Of a DNA stretch of 64,000 nt, positions 30,204-40,300 are shown in pieces. The stretch's first letter is position 1. Each line of letters starts with the position of its first letter. This stretch comes from Promethearchaeota archaeon (GTDB taxonomy: Archaea > Asgardarchaeota > Lokiarchaeia > Sigyniarchaeales > SOKP01), in NCBI GenBank assembly GCA_019894975.1, contig JAGXNO010000002.1, positions 32,001 to 96,000 on the forward strand, in the 5' to 3' direction. The notes beneath the pieces were generated by a model. It saw only the letters and a list, made by a program, of their open reading frames with translations. It was not told the origin of the DNA and ran no database searches. The position numbers and the translations under genes were made by a program.

Positions 30204-30788
30204 TTATTTACCCCGTCCCTTGTTGGATCTAATACTTGGTCTAGTTTTCTCAGATCCCCAACCTTTTTTATGCAAACCCCTTGCTCTCTTTCCTGCAGAG
30301 GTCAAGCCTCGGGTAACTCTTTTCTTATGCTGGCTTTCACAAATCCAGTTAATTTTTGGATCTGATTTAATAACAGGATGATGTGGATCCACCAAAATCA
30401 CTTCATAATACCAATTTCTACCGTCAGCATAAATTTTGTATGAATTTAATACTTGCATGTTTGGATGCTTACGTTGAACTCTTTCCTCTGCAATCCATTG
30501 AAGGTTTTTTCCTGTAGTGTACTTAGAAACACCCATAGCTCTAGGTTTTCTTCCTCGTTTTGGACGGATTTTATGCATTCCACCTTTTCTAATACGCGCT
30601 CTTACTATGGAATATCCTTGCTTAGCTTTATATCCCAATTCCCTTGCTCGGTAAATCTTAGTGGGCTTTTCAATCCTTTGAATAGATTTACCCTTCCGAT
30701 ATTCAATTCCACGTTGCCAGTACGGTGATTGATATCCTTTCTCGTGTTTTTCAAAAGTATCTTTTATATGTTTGTATCCAGACTTCAA
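30204..30788 (-). CDS. rpl15e: 50S ribosomal protein L15e
   Basis: AR.LGYKAKQG, AEERV.RK.PN..VLNSY, YEVILVDP.HP.I..DP..NWI, RGLTSAG. Confidence 0.97.
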   Translation of the reverse strand: MKSGYKHIKDTFEKHEKGYQSPYWQRGIEYRKGKSIQRIEKPTKIYRARELGYKAKQGYSIVRARIRKGGMHKIRPKRGRKPRAMGVSKYTTGKNLQWIAEERVQRKHPNMQVLNSYKIYADGRNWYYEVILVDPHHPVIKSDPKINWICESQHKKRVTRGLTSAGKRARGLHKKGWGSEKTRPSIRSNKGRGK

Positions 30789-30995
30789 TTATGCTTTACA
30801 CATCCATACTTTGTTATTAATAAAAAATAAACATATTTTATTACTTTTATGATAAATTTATAGTTAACTATCAATGGTAAGTAAATTTAAAATTATAATT
30901 TATGGAGATTTTATTCTTTTTAATTTTTAATCAATAATTTTATTATTAAGATAATCATTTCATAATCAAGAATCTAAGCTTAAAGGAATTTTCTG

Positions 30996-31472
30996 ATGGA
31001 AAATAATAAAAAAAGTAAATCAAAGAAATCTATTAAGCCAAAAATTAAAAAAGAAAATGGATTAGCAATAACTTACGATAAAAAAGCATTATATGAAAGA
31101 TTTCCTCATCTAATAGATGAAATAAATGGAAAAAAGAAAGTAGTTAAAATTGAATCCGTCGAAGGATCTCCACACTCATTAAATCTTAACTCCGGCAAAA
31201 ATCATTCAAGAGAATTAGTGAATCCTGGTGCAATAGATTTTATTAGGAGATGTAAAACCAAAGAGGAAGCTTTCAATATCTTAGATTATTTACTAAAACG
31301 AAAAGAGATCTCCAAATCAAGTTATGAATCTTTCAAAAGGCAAATTCATCAAGAAGCGAGTCTAAAAAGTTTTATTGATAAACACGGAGGATTTAAAAGT
31401 CCAGGTTACTATGAAAAGAAATATAGAGACCTAATACGGGAAAAACCAAATCAAAATAGAAAAGAAGATTAG
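30996..31472 (+). CDS. DUF2095 family protein
   Basis: FPHL..E, P..IDFIRRC.T.EEA..I..YL..R.EIS, G.K.PGYY. Confidence 0.75.
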   Translation: MENNKKSKSKKSIKPKIKKENGLAITYDKKALYERFPHLIDEINGKKKVVKIESVEGSPHSLNLNSGKNHSRELVNPGAIDFIRRCKTKEEAFNILDYLLKRKEISKSSYESFKRQIHQEASLKSFIDKHGGFKSPGYYEKKYRDLIREKPNQNRKED

Positions 31473-31524
31473 AATGATCTCTTCAAAAGCAAAAAAAATT
31501 AAGGAATGAAATTTAATATATTAC

Positions 31525-31606
31525 GAGAAGAAATATGATGAGCTTATGACAATAATAACTATTGCTCTTAGTGATGATTCTTGTCGCCCCAATCTGATTT
31601 TTTCTC
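31525..31606 (+). ncRNA. Candidate C/D-box guide sRNA
   Basis: Box C ATGATGA 31535-41, box C' GTGATGA 31571-77, box D CTGA 31594-97, terminal stem GAGAAGAAA/TTTTTTCTC. Confidence 0.6.
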
Positions 31607-31864
31607 TTAATCAGTATTCTTTTCTAATTGATTTTTGAAATTAAGTCCTTTCTCAGTTAGAATATACTCCTTTTTAATCACTTTAATTAGGTTTAATTCA
31701 AGCAAAACAGGTGTTCTTCCTTTAATACATGAAGTTGGTAAGCCTGAAAACAATTTAATTGTTTCAAAATCCTTAGCACCTTTATCTATTGCAAATAAAA
31801 TTTCGATCCCCATATAACCCAAAAGATTTTTTAAATCTTCTTTAGACTCTTCCCCATTGAACAT
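31607..31864 (-). CDS. Small winged-helix protein
   Basis: 85 aa; L.ELNLI....KEY.LTEKG wing motif. Confidence 0.65.
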   Translation of the reverse strand: MFNGEESKEDLKNLLGYMGIEILFAIDKGAKDFETIKLFSGLPTSCIKGRTPVLLELNLIKVIKKEYILTEKGLNFKNQLEKNTD

Positions 31865-31896
31865 AGCATTTTAACCATTTCTATTTTCTTCCTTGT

Positions 31897-33084
31897 TTAA
31901 TCATTTAATTCCCCTAATTTCTTTTCTTCTCTTTCCTGTTCTCTTAATTTTAGATTATACTTATTCGCAACAATAGGTTCAGATTCCTTTGGCACCAATT
32001 TTCTCATCCATTCCGGAAAGGCTGTAGTTATTTGAAGATTTGTTTTCAATACAATATAAGTTTCATCATTATAATCAAGCTCTTCGATTACATCATACTT
32101 TTTTAGAAATTCAATGTTTTCCATTAAAGAATCAAGTGATTTTTTCGAAACTAATTTATGTAATTTATCTTTTGAAATTAAACCGTTTCTTAATTCAGAA
32201 AGAACATTATATTTCTTCGCATCTGCCATAATTTTAAAGAGAGTGAAGCTGTCTTCTTTAATTTCTTCAGCAGATTTCATCATATATTCACTGAAATATT
32301 CTTGGACTTTGGGCAAGAGTAAGTCTATTAATTCGGGTTTATCATCAATATATTCAATCACACTATCAGGAGGAATCCTCTCAGCATTTACTTCTTTTAA
32401 TAGAAGCACATATTTTTCAACCAAGCCGATTTGATTTATAAAAATGAATTGCTTATCAACGAGTGTATCTATTATGTCTTCAAAGTTCTTTTCAGGAAAT
32501 TCTTCATTAAACCATTCTCTCAACCATTCTAAAAGAATTGGACCTTTTGATAATTTTCCCAATATCTCAAAGATAGGTTTATCATTCAGTAGAATTGCGA
32601 TTTTTTCCTCTTCAGTTTTTTCCGATGTAAATTCAACAATGGCCCAGTATAAATTATTCACCCAGGCTTCTATTAGAGCTTCATTCTTAACAATGAGTTC
32701 TTTATCATTTTCATCAAAACTATTTAAATCTTTTATATAAAACGCGGTGTATATCTCCTCATTTGATTGTAATCGCTCAGAAAATTCTGCACATAGATTT
32801 GATAAAGTTACTTCTATTTCTGTGGGTATTTGTTGATCTAAAATAATTGAAACCATTAACATTTCCTTGTTCCCACGTGCCCAATCAGAATGGATTTCAA
32901 AATAATAATTCATAGACTTCAAGTTTTCAAAAGAGTGGGTGAAAAAACCTTCGCTATACTGTTGATCCATAATATTCGCTATTTTAACTGATAAACCCTT
33001 ATCTAAGGAGTTTTTCGGGTAAGAAAAAAAGACTAACGGTCCAATTTTTCTATGAAAATAAGATAATGCGACGATTGGTTTCAA
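31897..33084 (-). CDS. Longin/uDENN-like domain protein with C-terminal winged-helix-like regions
   Basis: N-terminal LSYFH.KIGP....SYP, NYYFEI.S.WARG..E.LM.S. Confidence 0.6.
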   Translation of the reverse strand: MKPIVALSYFHRKIGPLVFFSYPKNSLDKGLSVKIANIMDQQYSEGFFTHSFENLKSMNYYFEIHSDWARGNKEMLMVSIILDQQIPTEIEVTLSNLCAEFSERLQSNEEIYTAFYIKDLNSFDENDKELIVKNEALIEAWVNNLYWAIVEFTSEKTEEEKIAILLNDKPIFEILGKLSKGPILLEWLREWFNEEFPEKNFEDIIDTLVDKQFIFINQIGLVEKYVLLLKEVNAERIPPDSVIEYIDDKPELIDLLLPKVQEYFSEYMMKSAEEIKEDSFTLFKIMADAKKYNVLSELRNGLISKDKLHKLVSKKSLDSLMENIEFLKKYDVIEELDYNDETYIVLKTNLQITTAFPEWMRKLVPKESEPIVANKYNLKLREQEREEKKLGELND

Positions 33085-33290
33085 TTAATGAATCTCCGTT
33101 ATGAATATTTTATTTTATAAACAGAACAGCTAATTTAATGATGATAAAATTAAACAAATTAATATTAAAGATTATATATTATTAAAGATAAATAAATTTA
33201 ACTTAACTTAACCTCTAATATCTTTAAACGTTAGAAATAAGCAAATTACTTGCATTAATTTTATAACTTTAAGATAATATTTGAAAAACA

Positions 33291-34046
33291 ATGAAATCTG
33301 TAAAATTAATTGGATTTGATCTTGATGATTGTTTATTCGACTCAACAGGTTTATCAGAACGGGCTAGAATTAAAGGTATAGATGCAATGATTAACTTGGG
33401 TTTAAAAGTCGAGAAAGCTAAAGCAATTCAGTTAATTTATGAAATCGTAAATGAGTATGGATCAAATTCTTCAAAACATTTTAATTATTTTATTAGAAGA
33501 TTGAATCATATGAAAGGTAAGGTAGAAAATATATCCTACAATGCTCGACATAAGTATATAGCTGCAGCAGTTATGGCTTATCATGAAGAAAAAGTAAAAT
33601 CAATTAAGCTTTATGATGATGTTGAGGAATGCTTAATGAGATTAAATAAGTTATCAATAAAAACATCAATTATTACAGACGGTATCCCCATTAAACAGTA
33701 TGAAAAGATTTTAAGGCTTAATATTGATAAAAAAATTGATCTGATAGTAATTTCAGATGAGATTGGTTTTAAAAAACCGAATCCAGAGCTTTTTAGTTAT
33801 TGGTTAAGGAAAACAGGGATTAAAGGGGATGAAGCAATATATATTGGAGATAGGATTGATAAAGATATAACTCCCGCAAATTTAAATAATATTAATACCG
33901 TTTATATTCATAGGGGTGGGAAATATGACATACCTCATATTGATTTAAATACGAAACCATCTCTAAAACCTAATTATGAAATATCAAGCTTAAATGAATT
34001 ATATAATATTATTGATGATATAAATAACAAAAATCGAAGACGTTAA
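33291..34046 (+). CDS. HAD-superfamily hydrolase
   Basis: FDLDD, IITDG, KKP, IGDR..KD. Confidence 0.92.
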   Translation: MKSVKLIGFDLDDCLFDSTGLSERARIKGIDAMINLGLKVEKAKAIQLIYEIVNEYGSNSSKHFNYFIRRLNHMKGKVENISYNARHKYIAAAVMAYHEEKVKSIKLYDDVEECLMRLNKLSIKTSIITDGIPIKQYEKILRLNIDKKIDLIVISDEIGFKKPNPELFSYWLRKTGIKGDEAIYIGDRIDKDITPANLNNINTVYIHRGGKYDIPHIDLNTKPSLKPNYEISSLNELYNIIDDINNKNRRR

Positions 34047-34054
34047 TCCCTGAA

Positions 34055-34873
34055 ATGAGAGTAGCCTGCATTCAACCACAAATTTTTCAAGACAGAAAGA
34101 AATGTTATTCTCAAATTAAGATCCTGCTAAACCAGTTATTAGAAAAATATCAAAATTGTGAGATTGTATGTTTACCTGAACGATGGGTTCCATATTTTAG
34201 AGATTCGGCAAAAAACTTACAAGAAGAAAGAGGAAATGATTATTCTTTTATTAAAAACCTTGCTAAAGAATTTACCATAAAAATTCTATCAGGAGCAATT
34301 TGGGAAAAAAGAAAAGAGTCAAATAAACCAGTAATCACATGTTATATTTTTGACGAAAATGGTGAGGAAATAGGACGACAAGAGAAAATTCATCTTTACT
34401 CATATGAACGAGAGCAGTTTAATCCTGGAAAAGAACTAAAAATATTTAAGCTAAACAAATTGGGTAATATTGCTGTTTTAATATGTTTTGATATGGCTTT
34501 TTTTGAAACTCCTAGATTAGCTGTCGAAAATGGAGCAGATTTTTTATTTTCACCTACCCAAATTAGAGATGATGGTATGGTTAATTGGGAAATATATCTC
34601 AAAGCACGTGCACTTGAAAACCGAGTTCCAATCGCAGCTTGTAATAGTTTTGGTAGATATTTAAACAGAAAATTTTTAGGAAATAGTAAATTAATTTCAT
34701 TCCATCGAGGAAGCGTTTCTCCATCTAAATTAAAAATTATAGAAGCCCCAATAGATTCTAGTGGATTTATTTATGATGATATTGATTTATCCTTTCCAAA
34801 AAAAATGCGAAAAATTCGATTAGGAGAGCGGATAGATAAAAATAAAATTGGAATTAAAATAATTAATAAATAA
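34055..34873 (+). CDS. Carbon-nitrogen hydrolase (nitrilase superfamily)
   Basis: Catalytic triad LPE / KIHL / ICFD; RALEN. Confidence 0.9.
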   Translation: MRVACIQPQIFQDRKKCYSQIKILLNQLLEKYQNCEIVCLPERWVPYFRDSAKNLQEERGNDYSFIKNLAKEFTIKILSGAIWEKRKESNKPVITCYIFDENGEEIGRQEKIHLYSYEREQFNPGKELKIFKLNKLGNIAVLICFDMAFFETPRLAVENGADFLFSPTQIRDDGMVNWEIYLKARALENRVPIAACNSFGRYLNRKFLGNSKLISFHRGSVSPSKLKIIEAPIDSSGFIYDDIDLSFPKKMRKIRLGERIDKNKIGIKIINK

Positions 34874-34903
34874 ATGTAATTACATTTCATCCAATACAAA
34901 TAA

Positions 34904-35860
34904 ATGAGTGAATCTAAAGAACTCAAGAAAATACTTTTCTGTGGATTGGAAAATGGGGGAAAAACCTCAATCCTTTTAACATTAGATAAAAAGTTTAGCT
35001 TATTACCAACGGTTAAACCCACCATAAAAGCTAAAAGAACGGTTCATACTAACTCTTTATTGGGAATATCAATCATCAGATGGGATTTAGGAGGTCAAAG
35101 AAGTTATAGAAAAATTTACTTAGGTGAAAAAAGTAGATATTTTACTGAAATGCAGTCTATATTTTATGTTATAGATATTCAAGCACCTGAAAAATTTGAA
35201 GAATCAATAGTATTTTTAAAAGATATTGTTACAATAATTTCAGACAATCATCCAAAAAACTTCCAATTTTTAATACTATTGCATAAATATGATCCTGATA
35301 TCAAAAATCGTGCAGACATTATAGAAAGTATTTCGTATTTTGAAACAGAAATTCCATCAATTATCAAATCAATAAAATTCTCTATAATTAAAACATCAAT
35401 ATATGATGATTCAAACTTGTTGAAAGCATTTTCTGATGGTGCGTTCTATGCTACACATAAATCTAAAATGTTTCAAACTTTGTTAAAGGATTACATGAGC
35501 AAAACGTATAATAGTTCTACGCTTCTCTTGGACCAAAATTGTTTTATTGTTGCGAGTAGATCCACGAATGAGGAGTATCAGAACATTTGTGAGTCCATTG
35601 CTCCTAGATTAACTCAAGCATTGGAAAAACTAGAAGAATGGGATATAGATACAGTAGATATTGTTACAAATATAGAATTTTCACAAAAAAACTCTGAATC
35701 TGCTAAAGAAGGAATAATTTTCTTGAGAAAATTAGACATTGATATAACTCGATTCTATCTAGTAGCACTCTGCTTGAATAAAAACGTGAAAAATAGATCC
35801 TATGAATACTTCCCTCTTTTAGCTGATAATTTGAAAAACCTATTGGAAAGTTTTGAATGA
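34904..35860 (+). CDS. Small GTPase (Arf/Rag-like) with C-terminal roadblock/longin-like domain
   Basis: G1 GLENGGKTS, G2 PT, G3 WDLGGQ, G4 HKYD, G5 TSI; about 130-aa C-terminal extension. Confidence 0.88.
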   Translation: MSESKELKKILFCGLENGGKTSILLTLDKKFSLLPTVKPTIKAKRTVHTNSLLGISIIRWDLGGQRSYRKIYLGEKSRYFTEMQSIFYVIDIQAPEKFEESIVFLKDIVTIISDNHPKNFQFLILLHKYDPDIKNRADIIESISYFETEIPSIIKSIKFSIIKTSIYDDSNLLKAFSDGAFYATHKSKMFQTLLKDYMSKTYNSSTLLLDQNCFIVASRSTNEEYQNICESIAPRLTQALEKLEEWDIDTVDIVTNIEFSQKNSESAKEGIIFLRKLDIDITRFYLVALCLNKNVKNRSYEYFPLLADNLKNLLESFE

Positions 35861-36027
35861 ATTTTTGATTTTTTATATTAATAGGTTTTTATAGTTTAAC
35901 CTAACCGATGTAATTTTTTGTGTTTTCATTATAGGATACACTTTATTTTTACTTTCAGTGACCCCTCTCTCTGTGTGGGGTTTAAATAGATTCGTGTAAA
36001 AAAAAATTAAAAAAAAATCTTATAATC

Positions 36028-37221
36028 ATGACATTTAAACTAGATATAGATAAAAATTTTGTTGGACCTAAGGCTTTATTCGACCCAAATTATATTCCCC
36101 CCAATTTGTTACACAGAAAAAAGGAACTTAATTCATTAGTATCTATTTTAAATGATTCAATTTCTGATAAATTCTCTCTCAACATACTCTATCAAGGAAT
36201 TAATGGAATTGGAAAAAAAGCAATTGCCAATAAAGTGATTAATGATCTCTCAGATCAAAATAAAGGGATTAATAACATCCATAAAATTTGTATTGATTGC
36301 AAAGAAAAAGATCTTGAAGAATTAATTTTTACAATCCTCCCCGATTTATTAAATATATGTAAATTTAAAATCGACTACGATTCACTATTAAATTCAAATT
36401 TATCGCATTTATGGAACGTATTTAAGCTATTATGTAAAAGAATTAACCATAATCTCTTTTTTATTTTTACTAATGTCGAGTATCTAAAACCTGAGATATT
36501 TAAGAAATTTTTACAAGTTGGAAAAGATACAAATATTACCTCGATCTATACCATAAATAAAATGCTGCAACCGACAACAGTTGATTTATTGCCTGAATTC
36601 GATTTAAAAAAGAAATTGAATTATTTCAATTATAAAGAACTATATTCTATTCTAAAACAACGAATTTTGCTAACACTCTCACATGAAGTGGACGGTGAAA
36701 TAATTAAATATATAACAGATTTAGTTTGTGAGCAATATGTCCCTGTACCAGGTAAAGGGATTGAGATCCTTAGAAATCTTTATCCACATTTGAAAAATAA
36801 AGAGCATATTATGAATTGTGACTTAATAGAGCTTTGTCAGAATCATTTTGATCAAATGCAAATTCATGATGAATTCAGTATGTTAAATTATATTTCTGAT
36901 GAAGATTTTCTCCATATAGTATTCTTAGATAATCTTTCCAATTATTTCATCAGTAAAATGAATTACTATGTTTCTCTAAAAGAATTAGAAGAACTATACC
37001 ATGTTTCTTGTGAATCTTTAGAATATGAAAAAAGTATTAACGAATTTCAGAGTTTAGTTAAAGATTTGTTGAATATCGGTATAATTAGACCCTCAAAGAA
37101 GACTCTAAAAGGAAAAAATACTCTAAAACTAGATAATTTAGAAATTTGTAACGATTATTTTATGGTAATAAGCCCTAACCAATTAAAAGCAATTCTTGAT
37201 ACCTTTTTTGAAAATTACTAA
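36028..37221 (+). CDS. Cdc6/Orc1-like AAA+ protein with degenerate ATPase motifs
   Basis: FDPNYIP..L.HR..E; G..GIGKK; FNY.EL..IL..R; C-terminal wHTH L...GII. Confidence 0.8.
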   Translation: MTFKLDIDKNFVGPKALFDPNYIPPNLLHRKKELNSLVSILNDSISDKFSLNILYQGINGIGKKAIANKVINDLSDQNKGINNIHKICIDCKEKDLEELIFTILPDLLNICKFKIDYDSLLNSNLSHLWNVFKLLCKRINHNLFFIFTNVEYLKPEIFKKFLQVGKDTNITSIYTINKMLQPTTVDLLPEFDLKKKLNYFNYKELYSILKQRILLTLSHEVDGEIIKYITDLVCEQYVPVPGKGIEILRNLYPHLKNKEHIMNCDLIELCQNHFDQMQIHDEFSMLNYISDEDFLHIVFLDNLSNYFISKMNYYVSLKELEELYHVSCESLEYEKSINEFQSLVKDLLNIGIIRPSKKTLKGKNTLKLDNLEICNDYFMVISPNQLKAILDTFFENY

Positions 37222-37347
37222 TCTTTTCATATGTTTTCAAAAATGGAAAAGTGGAGTCAGTTTTTTTTATATATTTGACATGCCTATCATATATATATTG
37301 GTAATTACTCTATTCTTTATATTAAAGATAGAAGCGGAGAGAAAGAA

Positions 37348-40300
37348 TTGACTTATATCAAAAAAATTTCTATGACGGGTTTTAAGTCATTTGGAGATCG
37401 TACTGTAACGATTAAACTTTCAAGTGGTTTTACATGTATAGTAGGGCCTAATGGTGCGGGTAAATCAAATATTATAGATGCTCTATGTTTCGCATTGGGA
37501 AGATTAAGTAAAAAAACAATGAGAGCAAAAAGTCTAGAGGACCTAATTTTTGCAGGCTCTAGAGGGAAAAATCCGTCTCAAAGAGCATCGGTTACAATGT
37601 ATTTCGACAATTCTGAGAACGTTTTTCCAGGTGGAACAGAGAGTTTTGAAATTACACGTACAATAAAAAGAGGTGGGGGTGGTGGTTATAAAATGAATGG
37701 CGTAAAATCCACTCGTCAACAAATTCTTAATGCCTTAGCAGCTGCAAATGTTGATCCTGATGGTAGTAATCAATTTGTTCTACAAGGAAAGATTGTTGAA
37801 CTCACACATATGAATACAGAAAATCGTAGACTTTTCATTGAAGATCTGATAGGCCTTCAAAAATATGATGAAATGAAAGATGCAACATTAAAAGAATTAG
37901 AAAAAGCAGAGAGAGATTTAGGTCAATTCGAAGCAATTTTCAAAGAAGTGTCTTCTCAGCTTAAAAAAGTTGAAAAGGAAAAGAGTGATGCTTTAGCTTG
38001 GAAGGAATTAGATGAAAAAATTAATTTTTTGAATTCACAGTTAATAGCTCTTAAAATTTCGAAGTTAAGAAAGGAAGAGGATGATTTAGAAAAAAAAATA
38101 GAAAATTCACTAAAGTTTATTGAAGAATTTGATGAAAAAATAAGCAGACAAGAAGCTTTGCTTAAACAAGAATCACTTGTTATGGATAATATTCAAAAAA
38201 CTATAAATGAGAAAGAAAAAGAAAGAGAAGAAATTAACGAGAATATTACTCAAATAAAAACAAAAATTTCTTCTAGTCAAACTACCTCAAACCTAGCTCA
38301 AAAATCTATTGAAAAACTTTCCCTTGAAATAAAAACATTAGAAAATTTACAAATGGTGCTTGAAGAAGGGCAAAGTATCGATTTATTAATAGAAGGTGTA
38401 TCAAAAGATATTTCTGAATGTGAGAATAACATAGAAGAATCTAAAAAAGAAATTGAATTAAAACAGCAAACTCAGTCTGAATTAGATACAAAAATAAAAG
38501 ATAATGAGGAAGAAAAATCACTGTTTAATGCTGAAATTTCCAAAATACAGCAAAATATATCTTCAGATAATGCCCAAATCAAAGTCCTTAAGGAAAATAT
38601 ACAAAAGAATGAAAATAAAAGAAATAAGTTAGAAAATGAACTTAATAAATTAATAAAAGAAGCAGAATCCATAGATGAGGCTATAGAGAAAACTAAAAAG
38701 GAAGAAAGCGAAGTTAGAAAACAAATTGATAACTTGAAGGTTAAAATTTCAGAAGAGAATCAAAATCAAAAGGACCTCGAGAATAAAATAACTTCTGTTC
38801 AAGAGGAAAAAAATCAATTAAATCTTCAGCTTTCAAGTCTTCAATCTAATTTATCTTCATTAAATACAGAAATTACTATGAACAACAATAACATCAATGA
38901 TTTGAAAAATAAAAAAAGCGCAATTGAAAAAAAAATCCAAGAATTAAGTAAGGGCAAAGATACAGAGGATGTGGTTAAGGAACTATTACGAGAAAATGAA
39001 AATAAGAATAAAGTTATAATCGATTTAAGAACAAAATTAAAGGAAGAGAATTCCAATTACAAGAAGAATGAGCAGAACTTGGAATTATTAAGAATGAAAA
39101 AATTTTCTTTAGATTCCGAAATTAATGATAATAAAGGCAAAATCGATAATATTAACACAGAGTTAAAGATATTCACAAAAGAAACAACTAATTTGGAAAG
39201 AGAGAAAAATAAACTAGATATCCAGGTTACTACTTTAAATAAGAATCTCTTAGACATTGAAAAAGGTCTCGAAAAATTCACCAGTAAGAATGTAAACATC
39301 CAAAGACGTTTAGAAGAACTTACGAAAGAAAAAGATGGTATTGTGAAGAAAATTGAATCTTCTGACGTGGAATATGAGAAGAATACACAAGATATTACAG
39401 GAATTCTACAGATTTTAAATATGCTCACTCAAAACATTAATATTTCAGTTGAATCTATAAAAAGTAACATACAACAATCAAACGCAGAGGCAATTGAGAA
39501 CTCAGCCGAAGATTTTAAGAAATTCATTTTAGACCTCGTAGATATAATGAAATCTGTTGAGGAAATTGGTGAAGATTCAGCCCAAACAACAGAAACGACA
39601 GAAATGATTGGTTCAATTATGGGGACTTTAAAACTATTTACAGATAATGCGGATAGCACAATAGGGCAGTTAATAGAGAGAGTAAAAGAATCTGCTGATA
39701 TTGAAATTCAAACTTCAACAACCAACTTCGATACTTTCGTTCAAGATCTTATGGAAATTCTCGAAGATGTGTATCTATCCTTAAGAAAATTAACTATGTC
39801 TAAAAGTCAAGAACTCTACAAACAACTTGATGAAATTTCAGAAAACATAAATTCTCAAACAGATGATTTAAATCTTACCGATAAAAGATTAACAGAAGCA
39901 AATATTCAACAAAAACATGATTCTGAAAACCTATCTGCTTTCAATCAAAGGCTTGAAGAAATTAGTAAAAGAAATCAAGAAATTAAAGATAGATCTACAA
40001 AAGTTGAAGAAGAAATCAATGAAAGAAAAGCTACCATTAATGAAAGAGAAAATCAAATTAAAGACGTTGACGCTGAAATAACAAAATTAGAGGAGCTTAA
40101 GGATGCACACTGGCAAAATATATCTAAGATCCAAGAAGATATTGAGAATGCACAAGCAGAATTAGAGAAATTAAGAGCTGATCTACAGGAATTACATGGA
40201 ATTCAAAATTTATTTGAAAATCTAACCGAAATTGATGAAACTATTCAAAATTTGAATCGATCAATCGAAGAAAAAAAGAATGTAATTGCTACTACTCAAG

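Noticed and set aside
37225-37260. ORB-like TTTTCAAAAATGGAAAAGTGG after the cdc6-like gene
   Set aside because: Single weak match without a G-string or repeat copies; insufficient to call an origin
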